From contig CAYNWV010000002.1 in NCBI GenBank assembly GCA_964401035.1, positions 6,316-70,315 on the forward strand: a DNA stretch of 64,000 nt. The letters run 5' to 3'. The stretch comes from an uncultured Candidatus Saccharibacteria bacterium (GTDB lineage: Bacteria; Patescibacteriota; Saccharimonadia; Saccharimonadales; Saccharimonadaceae). This document shows positions 9,688 to 18,353 of this stretch, one piece after another (the first letter of the stretch is position 1; the number at the start of each line of letters is the position of its first letter). The notes beneath the pieces are model-generated. The model saw nothing but the letters and a program-made list of their open reading frames with translations. It was not told the DNA's origin and did not search any database. The translations under genes were made by a program, and so were the position numbers.

Positions 9688-9967
9688 GCGTGGATCAGTC
9701 ACGATCTTTGAGTTTGCTGCGATTATTGCGGTGGTGCTCGTGGTTGGGTTCCTAGGCTTCACTTTCGTAAACCGTCAACAGCAACTTGCTTCAATTCATG
9801 GATCAGAACCTACCGTCAAACCAGTCCAGTCTACCGATATTAAACCCATCGCAACGCCAGCAGATATTATTGCTTCTGCTAGCCAGCTCGATACTATGGA
9901 TCAAGAGTTAAATGAATCGGGTGATATTAGTAGCCTCGATGCCGACCTAAGCGCGCTCGAAGATTAA
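9671..9967 (+). CDS. hypothetical small membrane protein with pseudopilin-like N-terminus
   Basis: KRGSVTIFEFAAIIAVVLVV resembles TadE/Flp-type G-x4-EF leaders, but the spacing is not canonical. Overlaps the upstream gene by 17 nt. Confidence 0.45.
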   Translation: MTRTTKRGSVTIFEFAAIIAVVLVVGFLGFTFVNRQQQLASIHGSEPTVKPVQSTDIKPIATPADIIASASQLDTMDQELNESGDISSLDADLSALED

Positions 9968-9981
9968 CGTTGTCGCCAAGT

Positions 9982-10016
9982 AAAATACTCCCGCCGATGA
10001 GAGCGGGAGTATTTTT
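9982..10016. terminator. bidirectional intrinsic terminator
   Basis: ATACTCCCGC / GCGGGAGTAT 10-bp stem flanked by an A-run and a T-run, between convergent genes. Confidence 0.8.
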
Positions 10017-10042
10017 AGGTGTAGCGTTCGGTAGTTTCGTAT

Positions 10043-11431
10043 TTAGCGATCACCGAGTGCGCGGCGGCTTGCAAAGTAGTAGTAGCCGGCTGTTGTCAAA
10101 GCGCCAAGGCCTAGGCTGCCACTGAAGGCGTCGCCCAGACCAGTCTTTGGCAGCTGTGGCACGACTGGTGCACAATCAGCAGCTGTACCGTGTTTGCTGG
10201 CATCGTACTTTTCTTTGTCAATTGTAATCATCTCGTGCGTTGTCAGGTCACAGACCTTGATACGGCAATCGTCGAGATTTGTACTGTATTTTTTGTCATC
10301 CATTTGGTTGCGGTAGATCGTAATGATCTTGCCAGTTGCGATTTCACAGACGGTTGTTTTTTCACAATCAGTCAGTTTCGTACTGTGCTTGGTCGAATCA
10401 AATTTTTCTTTGTCGATCGTAATAACGGTATTCGTCTTTAGATCGCAGACCTGCATGCGACAGTCAGCCAAGTTCTTGCTGTGCTTTTTCGCGTCAAAGT
10501 CGTGCTCATCAATAGTGATGATTTTGCTCGAACCTAGGTCACAGACCTGAATCGGCTTTGGTACGTAGCAGTCAGGGCTATCTTTTGGCAAGTTTTCTTT
10601 GCCAGGAACTGGACACATTTCTTGCTGAACGGTCAGTGGCTTTGCGCAAGCATCACTCGTGACGTTGCCGACACTGGTGATAGCAAAGGCGCGCATTGTG
10701 TAAGTACCTGGGGTAAGAGTCATTTCAACTGAGCTTGAGGCACCATTAGCCGGAATACCTTGAACTGGATTGCCAGCTTTGTCAAAAGCGTAGTAGTGAA
10801 TTGCGCTCACTGTTGCGCCATCAACTCCGTGCGCTGCGCCCGTCAAACGGAACTTCGTGCGTGAGAGTGGGGTAACAGTCAAGCTATCACAGTAAGCAGC
10901 AGGCTTTGGAGCTGGCTTGACTGGTGTCGCATAGACAGGGTTGCCACATGAGTTGAGGATTGCACCGACAAAACGGCCATTGCCGTCCATATAGACGAGG
11001 GCAGAGATCGAGTTTGACAGGAATGAACGCTGGGTTGAGTGTTCATAAAATGTCTTACCGTTGATCTGGAAGGTGTTGTCACCGCTGTAGCCCAGTCGAC
11101 CGACCGTGCCGGCGCCAGTTGCTACGAGTTGATTACCGATATAGACGTTGCCGTCTTTTGTCACGGTACCGACAGCAGCCGAGCGTGAGCGGATCATGTC
11201 GCCCGTAATACCATAGCGACCGTAAATCTGTGGCAGATCCCCAGTTGCGTTCGCGTTATATTTGTCGATCAGCACGCTTTCGCTTGCCACGCCACAATAG
11301 ATAACAGCGCCGCTCGTACAGTCAGCAGCTGTGCTGACAGCCAAAAGCGAGTCACCAGTTACGAGGTTGAACCCGACAAATGCAAATGCTGCAACAATCA
11401 GCCCAACCAATAATGCTTTAACCTTAGTCAT
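10043..11431 (-). CDS. LPXTG-anchored cell-surface protein with Cys-bracketed repeats
   Basis: Signal peptide MTKVKALLVGLIVAAFAFVG. C-terminal LPKTG plus hydrophobic stretch plus RRALGDR tail (sortase signal). Four ~32-aa repeats before the anchor. Confidence 0.85.
   Translation of the reverse strand: MTKVKALLVGLIVAAFAFVGFNLVTGDSLLAVSTAADCTSGAVIYCGVASESVLIDKYNANATGDLPQIYGRYGITGDMIRSRSAAVGTVTKDGNVYIGNQLVATGAGTVGRLGYSGDNTFQINGKTFYEHSTQRSFLSNSISALVYMDGNGRFVGAILNSCGNPVYATPVKPAPKPAAYCDSLTVTPLSRTKFRLTGAAHGVDGATVSAIHYYAFDKAGNPVQGIPANGASSSVEMTLTPGTYTMRAFAITSVGNVTSDACAKPLTVQQEMCPVPGKENLPKDSPDCYVPKPIQVCDLGSSKIITIDEHDFDAKKHSKNLADCRMQVCDLKTNTVITIDKEKFDSTKHSTKLTDCEKTTVCEIATGKIITIYRNQMDDKKYSTNLDDCRIKVCDLTTHEMITIDKEKYDASKHGTAADCAPVVPQLPKTGLGDAFSGSLGLGALTTAGYYYFASRRALGDR
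10172..10552 (-). repeat. four tandem ~32-33-aa coding repeats (VCDLxTxxxITIDKxKFDxxKHSxxLxDC)
   Basis: Residues 294-420 of the LPXTG protein, aligned by eye. Each unit begins and ends with a Cys. Confidence 0.8.
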
Positions 11432-11564
11432 GTATGCCTCCTTAACGCCTCATGATTAACAAGTTTCGTCTCAGTCTATCATGTTGTTTACGTTTTGTCA
11501 ATACTTTTTCATAATATATATCGCTTATGATTAGATCTACAAAAACGTTTGCTATACTGAGAGT

Positions 11565-12134
11565 ATGAAATCGTTACACCTGTCCCGTCCGCATGCGATT
11601 ATGATGGTAGGTTACCCCGGCAGCGGCAAGAGTTTCTTCGCTCAGAAATTTGCCGATATGTTCAACGCTCCCTATATCGATGCACTAACTTTGACATCGT
11701 ACGCCAAAGATGTTCCATCAGCTATGAAAATTATCACAAACTTTGCCGAGGAGGTCGCAAAGACCGGACAAACCTTTGTCTATGAAGGTGATACCGACTC
11801 ACGGACGCTCCGTACCGAATTTGTAAAATGGGCAAAATCTTTTGGCTACGAACCGCTGATTGTCTGGGTACAGGTTGAAAAAGATACCGCCAAAGCCCGC
11901 ACACTCAAAAAAAATAGCCTCGACCCCGATGCGTTCGAAGAGGTTATCAAGCAGTTTAGCCCCCCACACGAGACTGAGCGTCCGATTGTGATCAGTGGCA
12001 AACATACCTATGCCTCTCAGGCCAAGGTCGTCCTATCATACCTCAGCCGTCATGGTCGTTTGGTGACAAAACCCGTCAGCGTACCCGATCGACCAGCCAC
12101 CCCTCACATAGCTCGAACTATCAATGTCCGCTAG
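11565..12134 (+). CDS. P-loop NTPase/kinase (AAA_33 / polynucleotide-kinase-like)
   Basis: Walker A MVGYPGSGKSF. TGcTATACT lies 6 nt upstream of the ATG. Confidence 0.6.
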   Translation: MKSLHLSRPHAIMMVGYPGSGKSFFAQKFADMFNAPYIDALTLTSYAKDVPSAMKIITNFAEEVAKTGQTFVYEGDTDSRTLRTEFVKWAKSFGYEPLIVWVQVEKDTAKARTLKKNSLDPDAFEEVIKQFSPPHETERPIVISGKHTYASQAKVVLSYLSRHGRLVTKPVSVPDRPATPHIARTINVR

Positions 12135-12834
12135 CCCCACCTCTTTTCTTGACGACGAATTTGGCACTATTACAGTCTCAAAACGTGCCGGTGCCCGCTA
12201 TTTACGCGCCAAAGTCGGTACCGATGGCCGCCTGAATGTCACAATGCCACGCTTTACGCCACTGAGTGTTGCCAAGGCATTTATTATGACTCAGCGGCGG
12301 GAGCTACGGCAGTTACTGCACGAACAAACGCCTGCGGTGCGCTACGAACATGCCCAGACTATCGGTAAGAGTCATCGGATCGCTATCGTCGAGACAGGTC
12401 TCGTCAAGCAACCAAGCGTCGAGCTAAAAGGCCAGCATATTATCGCAAAAATACCGCCAAATACAGAGGTAGCGAGCGAGGTCGTGCAGCGACTCCTACG
12501 CGACGCCGTCATCAAAGCTCTGCGCGTCGAGGCAAAAGCCCACCTGCCACGGCGGCTCAAAGAGCTAGCAGCCCGCCACGGCTTTCGCTACGAAACCGTG
12601 CGGTTTTCGCACGCCGGCAGCCGATGGGGCAGTTGTAGCTCACGAGGCACGATTAGTCTCAATATTGCACTCATGAAACTCCCCGATGAGCTGATTGACT
12701 ATGTGCTGGCTCACGAACTCGCTCATACTCGCCACATGAACCATTCCGACGCGTTTTGGCGCGAAGTTGCAGCGCTGGATCCCGCCTACAGTCTCCATCG
12801 TCGTCAGCTCAAACTGCAAACACCGACAATTTAG
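12124..12834 (+). CDS. YgjP/DUF45-type zinc metallopeptidase (M48-like)
   Basis: HELAHTRHMNHSDAFW (HExxH followed by NHS..FW). Overlaps the upstream gene by 11 nt. Confidence 0.7.
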   Translation: MSASPTSFLDDEFGTITVSKRAGARYLRAKVGTDGRLNVTMPRFTPLSVAKAFIMTQRRELRQLLHEQTPAVRYEHAQTIGKSHRIAIVETGLVKQPSVELKGQHIIAKIPPNTEVASEVVQRLLRDAVIKALRVEAKAHLPRRLKELAARHGFRYETVRFSHAGSRWGSCSSRGTISLNIALMKLPDELIDYVLAHELAHTRHMNHSDAFWREVAALDPAYSLHRRQLKLQTPTI

Positions 12835-12870
12835 TTTGTTTTTTAGAGAGTAGCGCATATAATAAAGCTA

Positions 12871-14187
12871 ATGAATACGGGTGGTCAGTACAAACCGCAC
12901 TGGCAGGCGACGACTGTCAAATATTTGACGCTCGGTCTACCGATCTTGTTTGCGGCGCTACTGCTCATTACCCCCGCCGAACCAGCGCTCAGTACGATCT
13001 TTATCATTGCGTGGCTTGCTATCTGCATATTGCAGATTTTCCATCTGACACACCTACGTTGTATCGATATCGACGACATGAAGCGTGATCGCCATGCCGC
13101 TGCACTCGAACGCGACCGCATGATGACCATTGTCAACAACCTGGCCGATGCTATCATCGTTACCGACAACGACGGTGTCGTACAGATTGCCAATGCCGCC
13201 ACCCTGGCGCTTCTCGACACCAACGTATCAGTCATCGGCAAAAAAGTCTCGTCCATCGCAAAACTCAGCGACACCGCCACAGGCGCGCCGTATCATCTGT
13301 TGCCAGAGCTGAAAAAAGCCCGCGCTGTGGCGACACGTGACGATATTGATCTGAAGCTTGGTGATGAGCGATTGCATCTCAGTCTGATTTATTCGCCAAT
13401 TCGTGGCACGAGCAGTGAGTCTACCAGTGATAACCGCGATGGCTATATCATTATCATGCGCGATATCACCAGAGAAAAAAGCCTCGAAGAAGAGCGCGAT
13501 GAGTTTATATCAGTTGTCAGTCACGAACTCCGGACGCCCATCACTATCGCCGAAGGTTCGTTGTCAAATCTCCAGGCGTTGTTTAACAGAGGTAAAGCCA
13601 CTGACGCAATGCTCAAAAATGGTGTTGCCATGGCACACGATCAAATCTTGTTCCTGTCATCGATGATTAATGACCTATCGACATTATCTCGCGCCGAACG
13701 TGGCGTGGCCGACGCGGCTGATGTGATCGACCTCGAACCATTCATGCATAGTTTATTTAAGCAATATCTGGCAGAAGCTACCAAAAAAGGCCTCCGGCTT
13801 AATCTCGACCTGGATCCACAAATCGGTTCAGTGACCGCCAGTGAGCTGTATCTCCATGAGCTGCTGCAAAACTTCGTCACCAACGCCATCAAGTATACGA
13901 AAGTTGGTTCAGTGACGATTCGAGTCAAGAAACAACGCGGCGACATGCTGGAATTTAGCGTCCAGGACAGCGGTATCGGTATCTCAAAGGCCGACCAAAA
14001 GCACGTCTTTGAAAAATTCTTCCGCAGCGAAGATTATCGTACCCGTGAGACTGGCGGTACTGGCTTGGGACTCTATGTGGCCGCAAAACTGGCTCGTAAG
14101 CTGCAGACCCAAGTGACCCTAGAAAGCCGCCTCAACCATGGTTCGACTTTTGGTTTCTCGCTACCCAGCACGCCAAAACAGCAATGA
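12871..14187 (+). CDS. sensor histidine kinase (2 TM, PAS, HisKA, HATPase_c)
   Basis: H-box FISVVSHELRTPIT, N-box NAIKYT, DSGIGI, GGTGLGL. No response regulator gene in the window. Confidence 0.85.
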   Translation: MNTGGQYKPHWQATTVKYLTLGLPILFAALLLITPAEPALSTIFIIAWLAICILQIFHLTHLRCIDIDDMKRDRHAAALERDRMMTIVNNLADAIIVTDNDGVVQIANAATLALLDTNVSVIGKKVSSIAKLSDTATGAPYHLLPELKKARAVATRDDIDLKLGDERLHLSLIYSPIRGTSSESTSDNRDGYIIIMRDITREKSLEEERDEFISVVSHELRTPITIAEGSLSNLQALFNRGKATDAMLKNGVAMAHDQILFLSSMINDLSTLSRAERGVADAADVIDLEPFMHSLFKQYLAEATKKGLRLNLDLDPQIGSVTASELYLHELLQNFVTNAIKYTKVGSVTIRVKKQRGDMLEFSVQDSGIGISKADQKHVFEKFFRSEDYRTRETGGTGLGLYVAAKLARKLQTQVTLESRLNHGSTFGFSLPSTPKQQ

Positions 14188-14229
14188 TATTTGACTTCGG
14201 TCACAGAGTGGTATACTATAAGACTTGAC

Positions 14230-14251
14230 AGTCTGCCTAAGCAGACTTTTT
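14230..14251 (+). terminator. intrinsic terminator after the kinase gene
   Basis: AGTCTGC-CTAA-GCAGACT followed by TTTTT. Confidence 0.6.
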
Positions 14252-14270
14252 AAATTGAGAGAAGGTAAGA

Positions 14271-14609
14271 GTGGCAACATCTTCAGACGACCAACCGCGG
14301 GTAACACGAATCAAAGCGGGCGGTAACACAAAACAAAAAAAACGCTTATTTCAGCGTGCTGCAAAAACCGAAAAAGACATCGAGAGCGTCAAGCAAGAGC
14401 TGCGCGATCAAAAACGCAATCCGCTGCGCGCTATCATTGACTATTTCAAGGGCTCATGGCAGGAGCTGCGCCTGGTTCGGTGGCCAGATCGGGCTGCGAC
14501 CTGGAAAATGACGGTGGCACTCATCGCTTTTACGCTCGGATTTACTGGGTTGATCGTCATCATTGACATCGGATTTCAATATTTATTTAACGCACTTCTA
14601 GGAAAGTAA
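14271..14609 (+). CDS. secE: preprotein translocase subunit SecE
   Basis: GTG start after AGAAGG. C-terminal WQELRLVRWPDRAATWKMTVALIAFTLGFTGLIVII. Sits immediately before nusG. Confidence 0.8.
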   Translation: MATSSDDQPRVTRIKAGGNTKQKKRLFQRAAKTEKDIESVKQELRDQKRNPLRAIIDYFKGSWQELRLVRWPDRAATWKMTVALIAFTLGFTGLIVIIDIGFQYLFNALLGK

Positions 14610-14610
14610 T

Positions 14611-15159
14611 ATGGCAGGCAAGAACAGATATGACTCAACGCGGCAATGGTATGCCGTCCACACCTACTCTGGTTACGAAGAAAAAGTAGCCGATAGTATT
14701 AAGCAGCGCTCAGAAGCCGTCGATATGGCCGACAAAATCTTTGATTCGCTGGTTCCAAAAGAAAAGCAAATCCAGATCAAAAATGGTAAACGCAAAGTCG
14801 TCGAGGCTAAGATCTTCCAGGGCTACGTCCTTGTCGAGATGAAACTAACCGATGAAACCTGGTACATCGTCCGTAATACCCCTGGCGTCACGGGCTTTGT
14901 CGGTAGCGGCACTGAGCCAACACCGGTTTCCGAGTCAGAAATGGCAAAGATCAAGAAACGCATGGGTGTCGAGGATCCCAAACACCAGATCGATTTCGAA
15001 GTCGGTGAAGTAGTCAATATCGTCGATGGTCCGTTCAAGGGCTTTGATGGCTCGGTCGCCGAAATCGACACCGCAAAGGGCAAACTCAAAGTCATGGTCA
15101 GCATGTTTGGTCGCGACACACCAGTCGAGCTCGACGCCCTCCAGGTCAACAAAGTTTAA
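14611..15159 (+). CDS. nusG: transcription termination/antitermination factor NusG
   Basis: WYAVHTYSGYEEKV NGN start and C-terminal KOW (GEVVNIVDGPFKGFDGSV). Confidence 0.9.
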   Translation: MAGKNRYDSTRQWYAVHTYSGYEEKVADSIKQRSEAVDMADKIFDSLVPKEKQIQIKNGKRKVVEAKIFQGYVLVEMKLTDETWYIVRNTPGVTGFVGSGTEPTPVSESEMAKIKKRMGVEDPKHQIDFEVGEVVNIVDGPFKGFDGSVAEIDTAKGKLKVMVSMFGRDTPVELDALQVNKV

Positions 15160-15181
15160 TCAACTACCTCTGTCTCGTACT

Positions 15182-15213
15182 ATGAGCGCATTGACGAAAT
15201 GCGCTCATGCTTT
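15182..15213 (+). terminator. intrinsic terminator after nusG
   Basis: 11-bp stem ATGAGCGCATT / AATGCGCTCAT, loop GACGA, then GCTTTG. Confidence 0.65.
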
Positions 15214-15228
15214 GTAGAGTAGAGGGAG

Positions 15229-15792
15229 ATGAAATACCAGACAAAAAGAGGGTTCACGCTTGTCGAGCTACTGCTCGTGATCACGATTATTGCGATCCTG
15301 ACTGTTATCTCCATTACGACCTACGCTGGCATCTCCTACCGCGCAACCGTCAGTGGCGCCCGGACGACACTCTCGACTCTCGGGAAAGCTCTGGACATCT
15401 ACAAGTCTCAGTACGGGAAATACCCGCCGAACTACTCCAACCCCACTACTAGCATGACTGAAATGCAGGCACTACTCACCGAATACAAGCTCTTCACGCC
15501 TACGAGGTATAATGCCAGCATCAGCTACACAGTGGGGAAGTATGAGCCAATCGTATATTGTACTTCTGCTGATTTTTCAAAATATATTCTTGTCTCTGCT
15601 ATCGGTAACCAGGATGGCACTTTCACCAATACAACAGAGATGCTCTACGTATCATCTTTTGTGACAGGAAAACGAACCTACGACACAACCCTGACAGATT
15701 CGGTGGCGGGCGCTCGCTTTTGTCAATCAGTGCAAGGTAACTTAGATATTCTCATTGTTCGCTGGCTCTACGATACGCCAACACTCCACTAG
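15229..15792 (+). CDS. type IV pilin-like protein (prepilin-type N-terminal cleavage/methylation domain)
   Basis: MKYQTKRG/FTLVELLLVITIIAILTVI class III signal. GAGGGAG RBS. Confidence 0.8.
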   Translation: MKYQTKRGFTLVELLLVITIIAILTVISITTYAGISYRATVSGARTTLSTLGKALDIYKSQYGKYPPNYSNPTTSMTEMQALLTEYKLFTPTRYNASISYTVGKYEPIVYCTSADFSKYILVSAIGNQDGTFTNTTEMLYVSSFVTGKRTYDTTLTDSVAGARFCQSVQGNLDILIVRWLYDTPTLH

Positions 15793-15795
15793 TTC

Positions 15796-15824
15796 TTGCA
15801 AAAAAGTCGATTTTCGCGTACAAT
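15796..15824 (+). promoter_or_regulatory. rplK promoter
   Basis: TTGCAA-17 nt-TACAAT. Predicts a ~150-nt leader containing hairpins (for example CGAGCGA/TCGCTCG at 15911-15929). Confidence 0.55.
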
Positions 15825-15984
15825 CATCCACTGTTACGCACTAAATATGCTTCCAATAGTATTTAGTAAATTTGTGCTCTTTCGTGGGATTTGGAAAGAG
15901 CAGCCCATCCCGAGCGATTTATTCGCTCGCATGGCGCGATGAGAAAACTGCTTGCAGTTGTCTCATATCCCGAAGGGAAATTCT

Positions 15985-16410
15985 ATGGCAAAAAAAGTAA
16001 TCGGTAATTTGAAATTACGCATCCCGGCTGGCCGCGCCACCGCTGGACCTCCAGTTGGTAGCACCCTTGGTCAGTGGGGTCTCAACATGATGGATTTTAT
16101 CAATCCATTTAACGAAGGTACAAAAGCCGACATGGGCAAAGACGTCATCGTCCATATCCAGGTCTATGAAGACCGCACCTTTACCTGGAAGAGTCTCGGT
16201 CAACCAGTTGATGACGCTATCCGCGCCAAAATTGGCATCCAAAAAGGCTCAGCTCGCCCTCACACCGACAAAGTCGGTAAAATCACCCGCAAACAGCTCG
16301 AAGAAATTGCTGAAAGCAAGATGGAACAGCTGAACGCAATCGATCTCGATGGCGCCGTCAAAACTCTGGCCGGCACCGCCCGCAGCATGGGTGTGGAAGT
16401 CGTTAACTAG
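15985..16410 (+). CDS. rplK: 50S ribosomal protein L11
   Basis: MAKKVIGNLKLRIPAGRATAGPPVGSTLGQWGLNMMDF. ATG 15985 preferred over the upstream TTG in the ORF track. Confidence 0.95.
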   Translation: MAKKVIGNLKLRIPAGRATAGPPVGSTLGQWGLNMMDFINPFNEGTKADMGKDVIVHIQVYEDRTFTWKSLGQPVDDAIRAKIGIQKGSARPHTDKVGKITRKQLEEIAESKMEQLNAIDLDGAVKTLAGTARSMGVEVVN

Positions 16411-16430
16411 TCAAAGTGTTATCGCTCACG

Positions 16431-16460
16431 AAAATACACCCAAATCCGGGTGTATTTTTA
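16431..16460. terminator. bidirectional intrinsic terminator (rplK / tRNA-Pro)
   Basis: AAATACACCC / GGGTGTATTT stem with flanking A- and T-runs. Confidence 0.75.
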
Positions 16461-16467
16461 TAGCAAT

Positions 16468-16544
16468 TGGTCGGGGTGATGTGATTTGAACACACGACCT
16501 CACCGTCCCGAACGGTGCGCGCTACCAAGCTGCGCCACACCCCG
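16468..16544 (-). tRNA. trnP: tRNA-Pro (anticodon CGG), CCA end encoded
   Basis: Reverse complement folds as acceptor CGGGGTG/CACCCCG, anticodon stem CACCG/CGGTG with loop TTCGGGA, T-arm GTGTG-TTCAAAT-CACAT, discriminator A plus CCA. Confidence 0.9.
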
Positions 16545-16702
16545 ACATGTCAATTAGTATACTCCAGTCTCGAGTGTTGATCCAACGTATCTCCTGACGG
16601 CACGCGAACGGTGTGGTCACGTCCCGCGACCCCCGGATTTCGCGACTGAAAGCAGGGCTTTCATCGGAAAGTCCGTTTCCGAACTGTCGCTGACAGTTCT
16701 CA

Positions 16703-16763
16703 CTACCAAGCTGCGCCACACCCCGACATGTCAATTAGTATACTCCAGTCTCGAGTGTGGATC
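16703..16763 (-). pseudogene. duplicated tRNA-Pro 5' part (positions 1-22) plus its upstream promoter region
   Basis: 56 identical bases (16522-16577 = 16703-16758) and 60 of 61 over the extended match, period 181 bp. After tRNA position 22 the sequence diverges and no cloverleaf can be completed. Confidence 0.8.
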
Positions 16764-16832
16764 TATCGCAATAGTGACACGATAAGAGCTAGGCTCGCCG
16801 ATTTTTCGATAATTTTGTTATCATAAATAAGT

Positions 16833-17705
16833 ATGCGTAAGCGAAAAGCCGTTTCAAAGAGTCAGCGTGCCGCGCTGTATTTGTTTGTGGTGCTGATCGC
16901 GTCACTCGGCGCACTGCTCGTTTCCTACACGAACTGGGCAACAGCCAGCACCGTCAGAGCCAATGCGCAGCTCACTACCGAAAACCAGTCACAGAGTAAA
17001 GAATACGCCAAATACGTTGCCGCACGCGGTGTCGAAACACAAGCACGTACGCAAACCTTGGCCGATATGCAGAAATTATCTCTGACCGAAGCGCAACTGG
17101 TCGAATCAACGCTTGCAAAAGCCACCGAAACGCCCGCTAGCACCTGTGCCACAAGAGCAACTAATTCGCTCACGATCGTCGTCAATAAAAAACACTGTAT
17201 CGACCCCTCTGACTGGACGCCAGATGGCCTCGTGTCAGTCGACGGCTATCAGATGCGCCGCGAGGTCGCTGACAGCTTACAGAACATGCTGAGCGCCGCC
17301 GCAGCAGCAGGGGAGAGCGCCACCCTCACCAGCGCCTACCGTTCGTATGCCGACCAGACGATCATGTATCGAGACAAAGTCGCGGCTGGCACAACCACGG
17401 TCGTCGATACCACAAATGCTCGGCCAGGTTACAGCGAGCACCAAACTGGTCTAGCAATCGATTTCAAGAGTGGCGGCTGCGTGCTAGAGTGTTTCGGCAC
17501 GACAAGTATGTACACCTGGCTGCAGTCTCACGCTGCCGATTATGGTTTTATCGAACGCTATCCGGTTGGACTCTCCAGCATCACCGGCTACGCCCCCGAA
17601 GCTTGGCACTGGCGCTATGTCGGCAAAGACGTCGCTCTCGACATGAAACGCAAGCACATCCAGACTCTAGAACAATATTTCGGCATATCTGGCGGAACCT
17701 ACTAG
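16833..17705 (+). CDS. D-alanyl-D-alanine carboxypeptidase, VanY/peptidase M15B family
   Basis: SAYRSYADQ, GYSEHQTGLAIDF and EAWHWRYVG zinc-site motifs. N-terminal TM anchor. TGtTATCAT lies 8 nt upstream of the ATG. Confidence 0.8.
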   Translation: MRKRKAVSKSQRAALYLFVVLIASLGALLVSYTNWATASTVRANAQLTTENQSQSKEYAKYVAARGVETQARTQTLADMQKLSLTEAQLVESTLAKATETPASTCATRATNSLTIVVNKKHCIDPSDWTPDGLVSVDGYQMRREVADSLQNMLSAAAAAGESATLTSAYRSYADQTIMYRDKVAAGTTTVVDTTNARPGYSEHQTGLAIDFKSGGCVLECFGTTSMYTWLQSHAADYGFIERYPVGLSSITGYAPEAWHWRYVGKDVALDMKRKHIQTLEQYFGISGGTY

Positions 17706-17737
17706 CATTTCACGCTGTTTTCCGTAAATTACTAGAG

Positions 17738-17768
17738 TTGACGGCGCAGCTAATAGGCAAGCTATACT
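17738..17768 (+). promoter_or_regulatory. candidate promoter of the plus-strand unit of GC-rich islet A
   Basis: TTGACG-19 nt-TATACT. Would give a ~200-nt leader before ATG 17973. Confidence 0.4.
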
Positions 17769-17972
17769 AAGTGTAGTCATGACGGTACTGGCGCCACAAG
17801 CGCTTTTCCACCGACAGACTACTTAACAACACTTGCGTTCGGTATCTGCCGCACGCTCACATCACGACTTCAGACGCCAATGATCGAGAGAAGCAAGCTC
17901 ATCGAGATCAGTCTTGTCGTTCATACTCACCACGCTTGCGACAAAAACCTGTAATCCATAGGAGAGTATGCT

Positions 17973-18215
17973 ATGAACGCACAACAAAATATAATCAACA
18001 GTCCAGTTACCGTGACGGCACTCGGTTTCGACCGAACCATGCACGCCTACCCAAAACGAATGGAATGGCAGGGTCAGACCTACCACTTCGTCGATGCCGG
18101 TATCCGTGTCCGTCGCGGCGAACGGGGTGGCTGCACGCTCACCATGAGCGACGGTGTCCGGAGTTTTTGTCTCCGTGAGCTGGCAGGCACCTGGACACTT
18201 GTCAGCGTCAGCTGA
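17973..18215 (+). CDS. hypothetical 80-aa soluble protein (GC-rich islet A)
   Basis: AGGAGAG RBS 6 nt upstream. Followed by its own intrinsic terminator. No family recognised. Confidence 0.6.
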   Translation: MNAQQNIINSPVTVTALGFDRTMHAYPKRMEWQGQTYHFVDAGIRVRRGERGGCTLTMSDGVRSFCLRELAGTWTLVSVS

Positions 18216-18224
18216 CACGAAGAA

Positions 18225-18250
18225 GCGTCGGAGTGATCCGGCGCTTTTTT
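18225..18250 (+). terminator. intrinsic terminator of the 80-aa gene
   Basis: GCGTCGGA-GTGA-TCCGGCGC (one G-U pair) followed by TTTTTT. Confidence 0.75.
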
Positions 18251-18264
18251 GCTGCTTTTTGTTA

Positions 18265-18293
18265 CCAAAGGAAAAGGGGTCGTGAGTGACCCC
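18265..18293 (-). terminator. intrinsic terminator of the minus-strand unit of islet A
   Basis: On the minus strand: GGGGTC-ACTCAC-GACCCC followed by TTTTCCTTT. Confidence 0.7.
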
Positions 18294-18353
18294 GAGCGTT
18301 ACCGCTCTGAGAGTCTTCACGACCCCGTTGTCGCTTCCCGCGACCCCTCTCCC

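Noticed and set aside
11565-12834. Overlapping P-loop kinase plus DUF45 metallopeptidase pair considered as a toxin-antitoxin or defence module.
   Set aside because: Only generic motifs (Walker A, HExxH) are visible. Composition is host-like, and no nuclease, helicase or other defence-associated partner is present. There are insufficient grounds to call it a system.
15825-15984. The ~150-nt rplK leader considered as the L1 operator (as in the E. coli L11 operon).
   Set aside because: It contains hairpins but no GGGAGG...UGAAG L1-stalk-like sequence. That motif is found upstream of rplA instead.
16583-16702. Spacer within the tRNA-Pro duplication considered as RNase P RNA (plus strand contains GGAAAGTCCG, like the P4 consensus), SRP RNA, or an intron-containing or long-variable-arm tRNA.
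   Set aside because: It is far too short for RNase P, and the other conserved blocks are absent. There is no SRP domain IV motif (GNRA loop followed by AGCA). No T-arm or 3' acceptor strand exists to complete a tRNA. The class remains unknown.
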